This document shows positions 9,284 through 18,736 of a stretch of 64,000 bases of DNA, piece after piece (the first letter of the stretch is position 1; each line of letters starts with the position of its first letter). The notes below the pieces were generated by a model. It was not told the DNA's origin. It did not search any database and worked only from the letters and a program-made list of their open reading frames with translations. This DNA comes from an uncultured Gammaproteobacteria bacterium (GTDB lineage: Bacteria > Patescibacteriota > Microgenomatia > UBA10105 > UBA927). Position numbers and translations under genes: made by a program. Location: the NCBI GenBank assembly GCA_964596355.1, contig CAZQTD010000002.1, forward strand, positions 24,929 to 88,928. Reading direction: 5' to 3'.

Positions 9284-11671
9284 ATGAACGAACTTACATC
9301 ACCAGCCGAATTTATCCTTCCCGTCGTTCCGATACGAGACGGCATCGTGTTTCCCGGAACAGAGATGATTCTTACGTTTGGCAGACAGCGGTCTGTTTCT
9401 TCCATAGAAGCGGCGCAAAGCTCCGGAAAGCGCGTGGTGTTGGTTATGCAGAGAAATCCCAATATAAACGATCCTACTCCTTCTGACTTATATCAAATGG
9501 CAACTATTGGTGAAATCGTTCAAATGATGAAAAACGAAGGAGAAATCAACGCGCTTGTGAAAGGAATAGCGAAAGTTGAAATCCTTTCGTATGAATCGGT
9601 CGAGCCGTTTTTTGTCGCGCGCGTCATAGAACGGCAGGATATATCGGATACGTCGGACGAAACCAAAGCGCTTTTTAATCATTTGACTAATAAGCTTCGC
9701 ACTGCAGTAAAAATGGGTAAGACGATGGATTTCCTGACGTTTATGAACATCATGTCGGGGATTACCCCGCTTGCGCTTTCCTATCACTTAGCCGGAATAT
9801 TAGACATAAAGCCCAGTGAGCGGCAGGAGTTGTTGGAGCTTTCGTCAGTAAAAGAGCGGTTGGAGCGGGAGGCCACACTTCTTGCGCGAGAAACGAGGAT
9901 ATTGGAGCTGGAGAAAAAAATTGCAAGTAAAACGCAGGAAAAATTTGATAAAAACGTTAAAGAACAGGTGCTTCGTGAACGCATTAAGACCATAGAGAAG
10001 GAACTCGGCGAAGATGAAGATGGCAAAGAAATTAAGGAATTGCGGGAAAAAATTAAAAAAGCCAATATGCCCGATGATGTGCGGCGGAAGGCAGAAAAAG
10101 AACTGTCACGTCTTGCGCAAATGTCACAATACAATCCGGAAACGTCGTACGTGCGTACGTATCTTGATACGCTTGTTGAACTTCCGTGGGCAGTTGCCAG
10201 TCCAAACAACGTAAACATCAAGGATGCGGAAAAGGTGTTGAACGAAGATCACTATGGCCTTAAGAAAATCAAAGAACGCATTTTGGAATACCTTGCAGTT
10301 ATGAAGCTTCGCGCGCACGCTGCTTCAGGAAATGATACATTGCACAAGGGTAAAGCCGCGCCGACGATTTTGTGTTTTGTTGGGCCGCCGGGAGTTGGCA
10401 AGACGTCCATCGGCAAATCGATTGCGCGCGCGCTGGGACGCAAATTTGTGAAAATGTCTTTGGGCGGCATCCGCGACGAGGCGGAAATTCGCGGTCACAG
10501 AAGGACTTACGTGGGTGCTCTCCCCGGCCGCATCATCCAAGGTATTAAGCAGGCAGGGACTAAAAACCCGATTTTCATGCTCGATGAAATAGATAAAGTC
10601 GGCGCCGATTTCCGCGGGGATCCCTCTGCGGCACTTCTGGAGGCTCTCGATCCAGAGCAAAACTCGGCGTTTTCCGATCACTACTTGGAAGTGCCGTTTG
10701 ATTTATCCGATGTGTTTTTCATCACGACCTGCAACATGCTCGATACGATTCCGCCCGCGCTCCGCGACAGGCTGGAAGTTATCCGATTTGCCGGATATAC
10801 GGAAGATGAAAAGTTCCACATTGCTTCGGATTTTCTTTATGAAAAGCAGCGTGAGATTCACGCGGTACCTGCAGGTGTTGTTCAATTGAGCGAAGCGGCA
10901 ATTTATGAAATTATTCGTCGCTACACGCGTGAAGCGGGCGTGCGCAATTTGGAGCGAGAAATTGCGACTATTTTTCGGAAAGTTGCCAAAAAAATTGCCG
11001 ACAGCGAAAAAAAGCAGACTTTTGTCATCACCCCCAAGTCTCTTCATGAATACTTGGGTCCGTACCGTTTTACGTCATATCTTGCGGAGAAAAAAGACGA
11101 GGTGGGCATGTCGACTGGATTAGCGTGGACAGAAGCAGGAGGGGACATCCTTTTTATTGAAGCCGCGCTCATGCCGGGCAAAGGATCGTTGACACTTACA
11201 GGTCACTTGGGTGATGTTATGAAAGAATCTGCGCAAGCAGCGATGTCATATGTGAGAAATCGATGGAAGCTCCTTGGACTTGATGAAAAGTTTTACCACA
11301 AGCTAGATATCCACGTTCATGTGCCGGAAGGTGCAGTGCCCAAGGATGGCCCGTCTGCGGGAGCAGCTATCGCCACGGCGCTAGTTTCAGCGCTTACGAA
11401 AATTCCGGTGAAACGGACGGTAGCAATGACCGGCGAAATTACCCTGAGAGGGAGGGTGCTGGAAATCGGCGGTGTAAAAGAAAAAGTGATTGCCGCGCAC
11501 AGAGCCGGCATTAAAACAGTTCTTCTGCCAAAAAACAATAAAAAAGATATGGAAGACATTCCCAAGAGCGTGCAGAAAGACCTTGTGTTTCACTTTGTAG
11601 AGCACATGGACGAAGTGCTTAGTATTGCCCTGACACGAACGCCTATCGCAAAGGGGAAACTTACCGCATAA
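9284..11671 (+). CDS. lon: ATP-dependent protease La
   Basis: N-domain, [30 protein letters not shown] catalytic Ser. Confidence 0.98.
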   Translation: MNELTSPAEFILPVVPIRDGIVFPGTEMILTFGRQRSVSSIEAAQSSGKRVVLVMQRNPNINDPTPSDLYQMATIGEIVQMMKNEGEINALVKGIAKVEILSYESVEPFFVARVIERQDISDTSDETKALFNHLTNKLRTAVKMGKTMDFLTFMNIMSGITPLALSYHLAGILDIKPSERQELLELSSVKERLEREATLLARETRILELEKKIASKTQEKFDKNVKEQVLRERIKTIEKELGEDEDGKEIKELREKIKKANMPDDVRRKAEKELSRLAQMSQYNPETSYVRTYLDTLVELPWAVASPNNVNIKDAEKVLNEDHYGLKKIKERILEYLAVMKLRAHAASGNDTLHKGKAAPTILCFVGPPGVGKTSIGKSIARALGRKFVKMSLGGIRDEAEIRGHRRTYVGALPGRIIQGIKQAGTKNPIFMLDEIDKVGADFRGDPSAALLEALDPEQNSAFSDHYLEVPFDLSDVFFITTCNMLDTIPPALRDRLEVIRFAGYTEDEKFHIASDFLYEKQREIHAVPAGVVQLSEAAIYEIIRRYTREAGVRNLEREIATIFRKVAKKIADSEKKQTFVITPKSLHEYLGPYRFTSYLAEKKDEVGMSTGLAWTEAGGDILFIEAALMPGKGSLTLTGHLGDVMKESAQAAMSYVRNRWKLLGLDEKFYHKLDIHVHVPEGAVPKDGPSAGAAIATALVSALTKIPVKRTVAMTGEITLRGRVLEIGGVKEKVIAAHRAGIKTVLLPKNNKKDMEDIPKSVQKDLVFHFVEHMDEVLSIALTRTPIAKGKLTA

Positions 11672-12605
11672 AATCAAAAATAACTTTTGATATCTCAGCA
11701 ACAAGTGCTGACGCCTGTTCTTCATCAGTAATGTCGTTTGTGAACACGCCAAGGTAATATACGGTTTTACCTGCCGCTACAATGCCAACGTCGTGAACCG
11801 AGCCGGTGCCGGTACCGATTTTATGATAGACTGTTATTCCCGCAGGAAGAAGTGCGGGCAGTCGATCTTCAAAATCGCTGTCTTTCATAATCGACAGCAC
11901 TTCTTGCGTATATGCATCGTTGACGATATCTCGCTGGTACAGACGTCGCATAAGGAGAGCAATATCGCGGTTTGACGTTTTATTGTTTACCATATCTGTT
12001 TGCGTCATGCCCCACGAGTTGACGAGCTTTTGGATGCGCTCAAGCGTAAGGATGTGATTTCCAACAATGTGTGCTGCGGTATTGTCGCTTTTTTTCATCA
12101 TCAGTTGGGCAAGCGTTTTGATAGAATACTGATTTCCCGGCTCTTCATAGCGCAGGACGCCAGTACCGTAATGCTGGATATCTTGTGCTTGAATCGTGAT
12201 GACTGTATCAAGATCAACTGTTCCGGCTTGGGCGTCGTGATACAGCGCTATAAGAATAGGTATTTTGTTTACAGAAGCGGCAGAATAGATGACTGACTCG
12301 TTTATTCCCATAGTAAAGTCAGACGTGAAATCCACGACATAAATTGAATAATTTTTCCAATTGCTAGCAATTTTGTTGACGACCAGTTGTTTGAGTTTCT
12401 GCGGGTCTTTGGTGCGACGCATGAAGCGAGATACGAAGGATCTTGTTGCTTGGTGGTCGTCAGGAAGCGGCGATATTATTTGTGCTTTTGACTTATCCGA
12501 AGCAAGCGCCAGAAGAGATGTGAGCATAATGACCGTGCCATATACCATCAGTTTCTTCAGACAAGAATAAGGGATTTGTGTGGTGCGTCGCTTGCGGCGA
12601 TCCAT
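11661..12605 (-). CDS. Membrane-anchored serine hydrolase, class A beta-lactamase fold
   Basis: SVNK (SxxK), SDN, HKIG; N-terminal TM; omega loop shortened; ATG 12605 lies 6 nt after TGATACAAT. Confidence 0.85.
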   Translation of the reverse strand: MDRRKRRTTQIPYSCLKKLMVYGTVIMLTSLLALASDKSKAQIISPLPDDHQATRSFVSRFMRRTKDPQKLKQLVVNKIASNWKNYSIYVVDFTSDFTMGINESVIYSAASVNKIPILIALYHDAQAGTVDLDTVITIQAQDIQHYGTGVLRYEEPGNQYSIKTLAQLMMKKSDNTAAHIVGNHILTLERIQKLVNSWGMTQTDMVNNKTSNRDIALLMRRLYQRDIVNDAYTQEVLSIMKDSDFEDRLPALLPAGITVYHKIGTGTGSVHDVGIVAAGKTVYYLGVFTNDITDEEQASALVAEISKVIFDFMR

Positions 12606-12624
12606 GGGCAAATTGTATCACACG

Positions 12625-13182
12625 TTATTTGGAACAGTTATGCCAGGCAGTCAATCCGTCAGTGGAAATAGCAAACGCGGCGGTTCTGATGGATTCCTCT
12701 GCGTTCATTCGCAGATTAACATCTGGGTCCATGCCCATCCGGCTTCGAACGGACCGCCACGTGTCGGGTGAGAATTGATAGAGCCCCACATACGGACCGT
12801 TTACTGCGTTGACTTGCAATCCGGATTCACAGATGGCGATTGTGCGCAACCGTTCGCGGTCTACGCTGTAATGATTAGCGGCGTTGGTAAGCCACTCATC
12901 CAGCTGGGCGTCCATTACCGGAATCGGCGTTGGGATCGGTGTGGCGGTGGATGTAGGTGTAGCTGTCGGTTTTGGTGTCGAACGCGGAGAAGGACGTGGC
13001 TTTGGTTGAGGAGAGAGGGCAGGAGTGGGTGCGCTCGTTGGTGTGGGGGGTAAAGTGGGGGAATACCGCACGATCGCAAGCACCTTGGTCGGCGCTCCGG
13101 CGCGAACCATGGAAACAACGGCTGATGGAGTGGCAAGAGAAACTCCCAGAATAATGCCTATGGTCATTCTATTGATATTCAT
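12625..13182 (-). CDS. Secreted Rpf/lysozyme-like transglycosylase with Pro/Thr linker
   Basis: N-terminal hydrophobic segment, PT-rich linker, IAICESG, GLYQF..TW, AW..C. Confidence 0.75.
   Translation of the reverse strand: MNINRMTIGIILGVSLATPSAVVSMVRAGAPTKVLAIVRYSPTLPPTPTSAPTPALSPQPKPRPSPRSTPKPTATPTSTATPIPTPIPVMDAQLDEWLTNAANHYSVDRERLRTIAICESGLQVNAVNGPYVGLYQFSPDTWRSVRSRMGMDPDVNLRMNAEESIRTAAFAISTDGLTAWHNCSK
12915..13062 (-). repeat. Pro/Thr low-complexity coding tract
   Basis: SPTLPPTPTSAPTP...TPTSTATPIPTPIP. Confidence 0.7.
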
Positions 13183-13203
13183 TCTGTGCTATGGTTATTG
13201 TAT

Positions 13204-13668
13204 ATGCTTGGAGCAATTCTTGCTATTGTTATCTGTCAGATTGCGGGAGCCTTGGGAGCGGTGGTTACAGCTCCCGCGATCCCCGCGTGGTATGCCGGTT
13301 TGACAAAGCCGGCGATAAACCCGCCAAATTGGGTATTTGGCCCCGTGTGGACCCTTCTTTATACACTGATGGGAATTGCCGTGTATCTAGTTTGGAAGAA
13401 AGGGATAAAGAAGCCACGCGTTCGGCTCGCAGTGACAGTCTTTGGCATTCATCTTGCGGTTAATACTGCATGGTCTATCGTATTTTTTGGCTTCCACGCT
13501 ATTGCATCAGCGCTTTTCGTCATTTTCATTCTCTGGAGTCTTATAGTTATTCTTATGAAGCTGTTTCATCCGATCGATAAGCGTGCAACCTACTTCCTTG
13601 TTCCCTATTTGGCGTGGGTATCGTTTGCTGCCATCCTCAATTTTTGGCTTCTCATTCTGAATCCGTAG
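13204..13668 (+). CDS. tspO: TspO/MBR tryptophan-rich sensory protein
   Basis: WYAGLTKP..NPPNWVFGPVWT, PYLAWVSFA; start set at ATG 13204. Confidence 0.93.
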   Translation: MLGAILAIVICQIAGALGAVVTAPAIPAWYAGLTKPAINPPNWVFGPVWTLLYTLMGIAVYLVWKKGIKKPRVRLAVTVFGIHLAVNTAWSIVFFGFHAIASALFVIFILWSLIVILMKLFHPIDKRATYFLVPYLAWVSFAAILNFWLLILNP

Positions 13669-13788
13669 AGGTTATTCAAAATGTTCGAGGGGATCATTTG
13701 ACGGGTCGTTTGGTATTGCGGTTTTTGACACGGTTTTGCGGCACGCAGGGTTTTTTTTGCCGATACCTTCGTAACATTATACCTAAAA

Positions 13789-13865
13789 TGGTACCCCGTG
13801 CCGGATTCGGACCGGCGACCTTCGCCTTGAGAAGGCGACGTCCTAGACCGCTAGACGAACGGGGC
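13789..13865 (-). tRNA. tRNA-Glu (anticodon CTC)
   Basis: Reverse complement folds as a 77-nt cloverleaf: acceptor GCCCCGT/ACGGGGT, anticodon arm TCGCC-TTCTCAA-GGCGA, T arm GCCGG-TCCGAAT-CCGGC, encoded ACCA. Confidence 0.95.
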
Positions 13866-13888
13866 ATTTCGACTCAATCCTACGTTCG

Positions 13889-13917
13889 ATTCTATCAGCA
13901 TCCTCTTGACATAGCAA
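13889..13917 (-). promoter_or_regulatory. sigma70 promoter for tRNA-Glu
   Basis: TTGCTA-17 nt-TAGAAT on minus strand with TG extension. Confidence 0.6.
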
Positions 13918-13934
13918 GGTAAGTTCGCTACTAT
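13906..13934 (+). promoter_or_regulatory. sigma70 promoter for greA
   Basis: TTGACA-17 nt-TACTAT. Confidence 0.75.
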
Positions 13935-13963
13935 GGACGGTGCTGAATTCATTATTAATTGGG

Positions 13964-14002
13964 CTCCCTACAGAGAATGACCGTTGCGGGGAGATTTTTT
14001 TT
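13964..14002 (+). terminator. Putative intrinsic terminator in greA 5' leader
   Basis: Imperfect hairpin CTCCCTACAG...TTGCGGGGAG followed by A and T8. Confidence 0.5.
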
Positions 14003-14025
14003 AGGCCGTTTTTCAATTGATGATT

Positions 14026-14493
14026 ATGGACATGACGCACAACAAGGTAGTGTTAACTAAACAAGGACTCGCAGAGCTCAAAGCAGAGCATGAAGAGTTG
14101 GTCAACAAAAAGCGACCGGAAGTCGTAAAGCGTCTTTCTGATGCGCGCGATCTGGGAGATCTGTCAGAAAACAGTGAATATGCCGCAGCAAAACAGGATT
14201 TAGCCTTCATAGACGGCAGAATTTTGGAACTTGAAGAGATAATTCACGGCGCCAAAGTGGTAACTTCGCACAGCAAAGGGCAGGTAGACGTAGGGTGTAA
14301 AGTCACCCTGCACGTGAACGGTAAAAAGGAAGTCTTTACGGTGGTAGGAGAATGGGAGGCAGATCCGGTACAAAAGAAAATCTCCCATGAATCGCCGCTA
14401 GGCAAAGCGCTCATAGGAAAAAAGGTCGGAGAAAAGGTGGAAGTAGAGGCTCCGGCGGGGAAGATACTCTATAAAGTTCTCCATATAGAATAA
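14026..14493 (+). CDS. greA: Transcription elongation factor GreA
   Basis: GDLSENSEY, ISHESPLGKALIG; alternative in-frame ATGs at 14020 and 14032. Confidence 0.96.
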   Translation: MDMTHNKVVLTKQGLAELKAEHEELVNKKRPEVVKRLSDARDLGDLSENSEYAAAKQDLAFIDGRILELEEIIHGAKVVTSHSKGQVDVGCKVTLHVNGKKEVFTVVGEWEADPVQKKISHESPLGKALIGKKVGEKVEVEAPAGKILYKVLHIE

Positions 14494-14515
14494 AAAAAAT
14501 AACAGACGACACGCC

Positions 14516-14538
14516 ACCCGCCGAGAAGGCGGGTTTTT
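14516..14538 (+). terminator. Rho-independent terminator after greA
   Basis: ACCCGCC-GAGAA-GGCGGGT followed by TTTT. Confidence 0.8.
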
Positions 14539-14624
14539 AATAGCGCAGGTATGATATTATTATGGAGAAGATTGCGAAATTATTTGTATCGTCGAATACG
14601 TAATTTCTACAATCTTCTACAGGA

Positions 14625-16712
14625 ATGCCGACAATTGATGAACTCAAAAAAGTGCGGATAGAAAAGCTTGAGCGGCTCAAAAAGCTCAAGATAGACCCGT
14701 ATCCGGCAACCGTCAAACGAGAGCAAACCATAGATCAGGCGCGTCAAATGGATGGCAAGGAAGTAGGCGTTGCCGGGCGCATCATGGGATTACGAAGTCA
14801 CGGAAATATCACATTCGTTGACGTGGCCGATGAGTTCGGAAAAATTCAAGTCGTCTTTAAGTCCAGTGATGTGGACAAACTCGTAAAAGCGATCGTTGAG
14901 CTTTTGGATATCGGCGATTTCATTGCGGTACAAGGGATTGTAGGAAAAACACACGCAGGCGAGATTTCAATATTTGCCAAAGATGCCCAGATGGTTGCCA
15001 AATCCGTGCGTCCTCTGCCTAGCCAATGGCATGGCCTCAAAGATGTCGAAGATCGCTACCGTCAGCGATACGTTGATCTTATCGTTAATCCGTCGGTTCG
15101 TGAGATATTTAAAACGCGCACACGGATTATTACGTTTCTGCGAAGTTTTCTAGACCAGAATGGATTTATGGAAGTCGAAACGCCGGTGCTGCAGCCGATC
15201 TATGGCGGGGCGTCCGCAAAACCCTTTATCACACACCATAACGCGCTTGGGTGTGACTTATTTCTTCGAATTTCCGATGAACTGTATCTGAAACGACTCA
15301 TCGTGGCGGGATTTGAAAAAGTGTATGAGCTTAGCAAAGATTTCAGAAATGAAGGCATTGATCATCAACACAGCCCGGAATTTACGATGCTGGAATTCTA
15401 CTGGGCGTATGCAGATTACGAACGACTCATGACATTTACAGAAGAGATGATGTCCAAGCTCATTGGTTCGATACAAGGATCAATGAAGGTTGTATTTCAA
15501 AAAAAAGAGCTTGACTTTACGCCCCCCTGGCCCAGAAAAACCTATAGAGACGTCGTCTATGAGTATTTAGGTATTGATATTGATGCGGCCGACAGCGAGG
15601 AACGGCTGCTTGGGGCGATAAAGGAAAAGAACATCCAATTGGATCTTACCGGCGTCATCGGCTACGGCGCAATCCTTGATACATTATTCAAAGCGACAGC
15701 CCGCCCGCATTTAACCGGCCCGATGTTTTTGACTGACAGGCCAACGGCGTTTGTAACGCTTGCTAAGCGGCGTCCTGATGATCCAAGAAAAACCGCGTCG
15801 TTTCAGCTTCTTGTTGCGGGTAAAGAGATGATAAACGCGTATAACGAGCTCAATGATCCAATGGATCAAGCGGCTCGGTGGCGCGAATCAGAGAAGCTTG
15901 GAGAAAAGGGCCAGACAGAACATGAAGCATTTGACGCCGATTACATCCGTGCGCTTGAGTACGGTATGCCGCCGGCTGCGGGCTGGGGCATGGGAATTGA
16001 TCGTCTGGTGTCGATTCTAACCGATCAGGAAGGTCTTAAAGATGTCATTTTGTTTCCAGCTTTGCGGCCCGAATATGCCAGCCCTCATTCCAAGACGAAG
16101 CATGATACGATCGAAACTATCGGTGAGACGTTTGAGACGTTGCGAAAGATTACGAGAGAGCAGGCCATTGAACTTCTCCATGCGCATACCAAAAGCGTGA
16201 ACCTGCGGCGGCATTGTTATGCGGTGGGAGCGGTCATGCACGCGCTTGCCAAAAAGCTGGGAGGAGATCCGGCGTTATGGGAAGTGCTAGGTATTCTTCA
16301 CGATGCGGATTGGGAGGAGACAAAAGATAGGCCGGATCATCACACGCTGAAAACATTAGAGTGGTTGAAGGAATTGGGGCTAACTGAAGGCCCGCTTGTT
16401 CATGCATTCATGTCACACAACAGGAAGCACACGCGCTTAGCGGAGCTTGAGGGCGTCATGGAATGGGCGCTTGAAACGTGCGATGAACTCACCGGATTTA
16501 TTGTCGCTGTTGCGCTTGTTCGGCCGGATAAAAAGCTAACATCCGTCACCGTTGAATCGGTTCTCAAAAAGTGGAGGAATAAGGAGTTTGCCAGAGCTGT
16601 TGACCGCGCACAAATTGAAAAGTGCGAAGCAAAACTCGGGATACCTCTCAATGAATTTATTGGGATTGCGCTTGCCGCGATGCAAGACCACCACAAGGAG
16701 CTGGGACTGTAA
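14625..16712 (+). CDS. lysS: Class II lysine--tRNA ligase with C-terminal HD (HDIG-like) domain
   Basis: RYRQRYVDL, YGGASAKPF, FRNEGID..HSPEF, YGMPP.AGWGMGIDRL; extra ~190 aa with RRHC...LHDADW...HH...SH...CDELTG. Confidence 0.95.
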   Translation: MPTIDELKKVRIEKLERLKKLKIDPYPATVKREQTIDQARQMDGKEVGVAGRIMGLRSHGNITFVDVADEFGKIQVVFKSSDVDKLVKAIVELLDIGDFIAVQGIVGKTHAGEISIFAKDAQMVAKSVRPLPSQWHGLKDVEDRYRQRYVDLIVNPSVREIFKTRTRIITFLRSFLDQNGFMEVETPVLQPIYGGASAKPFITHHNALGCDLFLRISDELYLKRLIVAGFEKVYELSKDFRNEGIDHQHSPEFTMLEFYWAYADYERLMTFTEEMMSKLIGSIQGSMKVVFQKKELDFTPPWPRKTYRDVVYEYLGIDIDAADSEERLLGAIKEKNIQLDLTGVIGYGAILDTLFKATARPHLTGPMFLTDRPTAFVTLAKRRPDDPRKTASFQLLVAGKEMINAYNELNDPMDQAARWRESEKLGEKGQTEHEAFDADYIRALEYGMPPAAGWGMGIDRLVSILTDQEGLKDVILFPALRPEYASPHSKTKHDTIETIGETFETLRKITREQAIELLHAHTKSVNLRRHCYAVGAVMHALAKKLGGDPALWEVLGILHDADWEETKDRPDHHTLKTLEWLKELGLTEGPLVHAFMSHNRKHTRLAELEGVMEWALETCDELTGFIVAVALVRPDKKLTSVTVESVLKKWRNKEFARAVDRAQIEKCEAKLGIPLNEFIGIALAAMQDHHKELGL

Positions 16713-16751
16713 CGTTATGTTACTATGTTTTAAAACATAGTAACAAAATCC

Positions 16752-17366
16752 ATGAAACTTTTGATAGCGACTGCGAATCCCGGAAAACTTGCAGAAATAC
16801 GCGAGTTTCTTTCGGATTTGCCAATAGAGCTATTGAGCCTTCAAGATATAGAGTGTACGGATGTCATAAAAGAAACCGGGAAAACATTTGAAGAAAACGC
16901 AATTCTTAAGGCGACGTATTATTTCACGCGAAGCGGTCTTCCAACGATTGCCGACGACGGAGGATTTGAAATTGACGCGCTTGGAGGAGCTCCGGGTGTT
17001 AGGTCTCACCGATGGATGAGCGGCGAAGAAGAAAACGACGATGAAGAGCTTATTGCATACACGCTTAAAAAGATGAAGGGATTACCCCCAGTTCGTCGAG
17101 GGGCCCAGCTTCGGTCGGTTATTGCGCTTGTCATTTCAACTGACGCTGTTTATACGGCGGAGGGTGTCATCCGGGGCATCGTGCCGGAACAGGCTTCAAC
17201 GTATAGAATGAAAGGATTTCCATACCGGTCGCTTCTTTATCTACCAGAATGCAACGCGTTCTATAACGAACACGAATTGACGAATGCCGAGAATGAAGCG
17301 TACAATCACAGAAAGAAAGCGATAGAAAAGATCAAACCCATTATTCGGACACATTTATTACGGTAA
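16752..17366 (+). CDS. rdgB: HAM1/RdgB family non-canonical NTP pyrophosphatase (divergent)
   Basis: ATANPGK, ETGKTFEENA.LKA, ADD, PGV.S.R; C-terminal motifs deviate (GFPYRS, NHR). Confidence 0.85.
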   Translation: MKLLIATANPGKLAEIREFLSDLPIELLSLQDIECTDVIKETGKTFEENAILKATYYFTRSGLPTIADDGGFEIDALGGAPGVRSHRWMSGEEENDDEELIAYTLKKMKGLPPVRRGAQLRSVIALVISTDAVYTAEGVIRGIVPEQASTYRMKGFPYRSLLYLPECNAFYNEHELTNAENEAYNHRKKAIEKIKPIIRTHLLR

Positions 17367-17446
17367 AACTCTCGCGTGTTTTTACGTGGGTGATTAGAGA
17401 GGTATATTGTACAATTATTACATTATTTATTTCTTTTCATAACTCT

Positions 17447-18691
17447 ATGCTTGATATCACATATATACGAAACAATTTAGAGCGTTGCAAAGCCGCGGCA
17501 AAAAATAAAAAACGTGAGGTATTGTGGGATACGCTATTGTCGCTTGATATAAAACGGCGCGAACTTATTGGCCAGTGGGAAAAGTTGCGCGCAGCGCGCA
17601 ATAAAATTTCAGGCAATAATGAAAACGGTCGGGAAGAAGGGAAAAAGCTTAAGGTGGCGCTGAAAACTCTTGAAGAAGAATTGCGAAACGTTGAAGCGGA
17701 ATTTGAGGCGTTGATGCTCACGGTTCCCAATGTCCCAGACCCTTCGGTTCCTATTGGGAAGGGGGCAGATGGAAATAAGGAGGTTAAAAAATGGGGGACA
17801 ATTCCAACGTTTGATTTTACGCCTAAAGACCACGTGGAGCTTGCAACGTCATTGGATTTAATTGATTTTGAGCGAGGAGCAAAAGTTGGCGGGTCGCGTG
17901 CGTATTTTTTGAAAAACGAAGGCGCACAGCTTGAATTTGCTCTCCTTTATTATACGTATTGTAGGCTTATTAATAAAGGCTATACGCCGCTCATTGCGCC
18001 AAGCCTTGTGCGTGAGTTTACGCTGGTGGGCAGCGGGCAGTTTCCGTGGGGAAAAGAAGAGGTATATAAGATCGAAAAAGATGGCGTATTTCTTGCCGGT
18101 ACCGCAGAGGTGCCGGTGACAGCATATTTTGCCGACGAGATCCTCACAGCCGACGATCTGCCACAAAAATTCGTTGCATTTTCTCCGTGCTTTCGCAGAG
18201 AGGCGGGGAGCTATGGGAAGGATACGAGAGGGGTTTATAGATTACACCAATTTAATAAAATTGAACAAGTTATTATCACAACTGCGGAAACGAACAATTC
18301 TCTTGCTCTACACGAAGAATTATTGGCTAACGCAGAAGAAATTTTACAGGTATTGGAACTTCCGTACCGTGTGCTTCTCATGTGTACAGGCGACATGGGC
18401 GAACCGCAAGTAAAAAAATATGATATTGAAGCATGGATGCCCGGCAGAAACGCATATGGCGAAACGATGTCAAATTCATTTATGGGAGATTTTCAAGCTA
18501 GAAGACTCAAAATCCGATACAAAACTAAGGACGGCAAAACAATGTTTTGCCATACACTCAACAATACTGCTATTGCTTCTCCAAGAATTCTGATTGCGAT
18601 TTTGGAACACTACCAACAGAAAGACGGGTCCGTAATCATCCCGAAAGTCCTGCGGCCACTTATGGGAAAAGATGTGATTACACGGTCATAG
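17447..18691 (+). CDS. serS: Serine--tRNA ligase
   Basis: MLDI start, GTAEVP, CFRREAGSYGKDTRG, HQFNKIE, HTLNNTA. Confidence 0.96.
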   Translation: MLDITYIRNNLERCKAAAKNKKREVLWDTLLSLDIKRRELIGQWEKLRAARNKISGNNENGREEGKKLKVALKTLEEELRNVEAEFEALMLTVPNVPDPSVPIGKGADGNKEVKKWGTIPTFDFTPKDHVELATSLDLIDFERGAKVGGSRAYFLKNEGAQLEFALLYYTYCRLINKGYTPLIAPSLVREFTLVGSGQFPWGKEEVYKIEKDGVFLAGTAEVPVTAYFADEILTADDLPQKFVAFSPCFRREAGSYGKDTRGVYRLHQFNKIEQVIITTAETNNSLALHEELLANAEEILQVLELPYRVLLMCTGDMGEPQVKKYDIEAWMPGRNAYGETMSNSFMGDFQARRLKIRYKTKDGKTMFCHTLNNTAIASPRILIAILEHYQQKDGSVIIPKVLRPLMGKDVITRS

Positions 18692-18736
18692 CGCAATGCC
18701 AACAGCATTCTCACAGCGTCTTATTTCAAGATTGCA

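Noticed and set aside
11661-12605. Antibiotic-resistance call for the beta-lactamase-like gene (and for vanZ)
   Set aside because: Glu166/omega loop is missing; the VanZ family is widespread and no van cluster is present
13694-13777. 27-aa basic ORF on minus strand downstream of tRNA-Glu; possible integration scar
   Set aside because: No RBS or homology evidence; no tRNA 3' duplication or integrase seen
13933-13980. 15-codon ORF MDGAEFIINWAPYRE upstream of greA
   Set aside because: Its ATG overlaps the -10 box, so it would not be in the transcript
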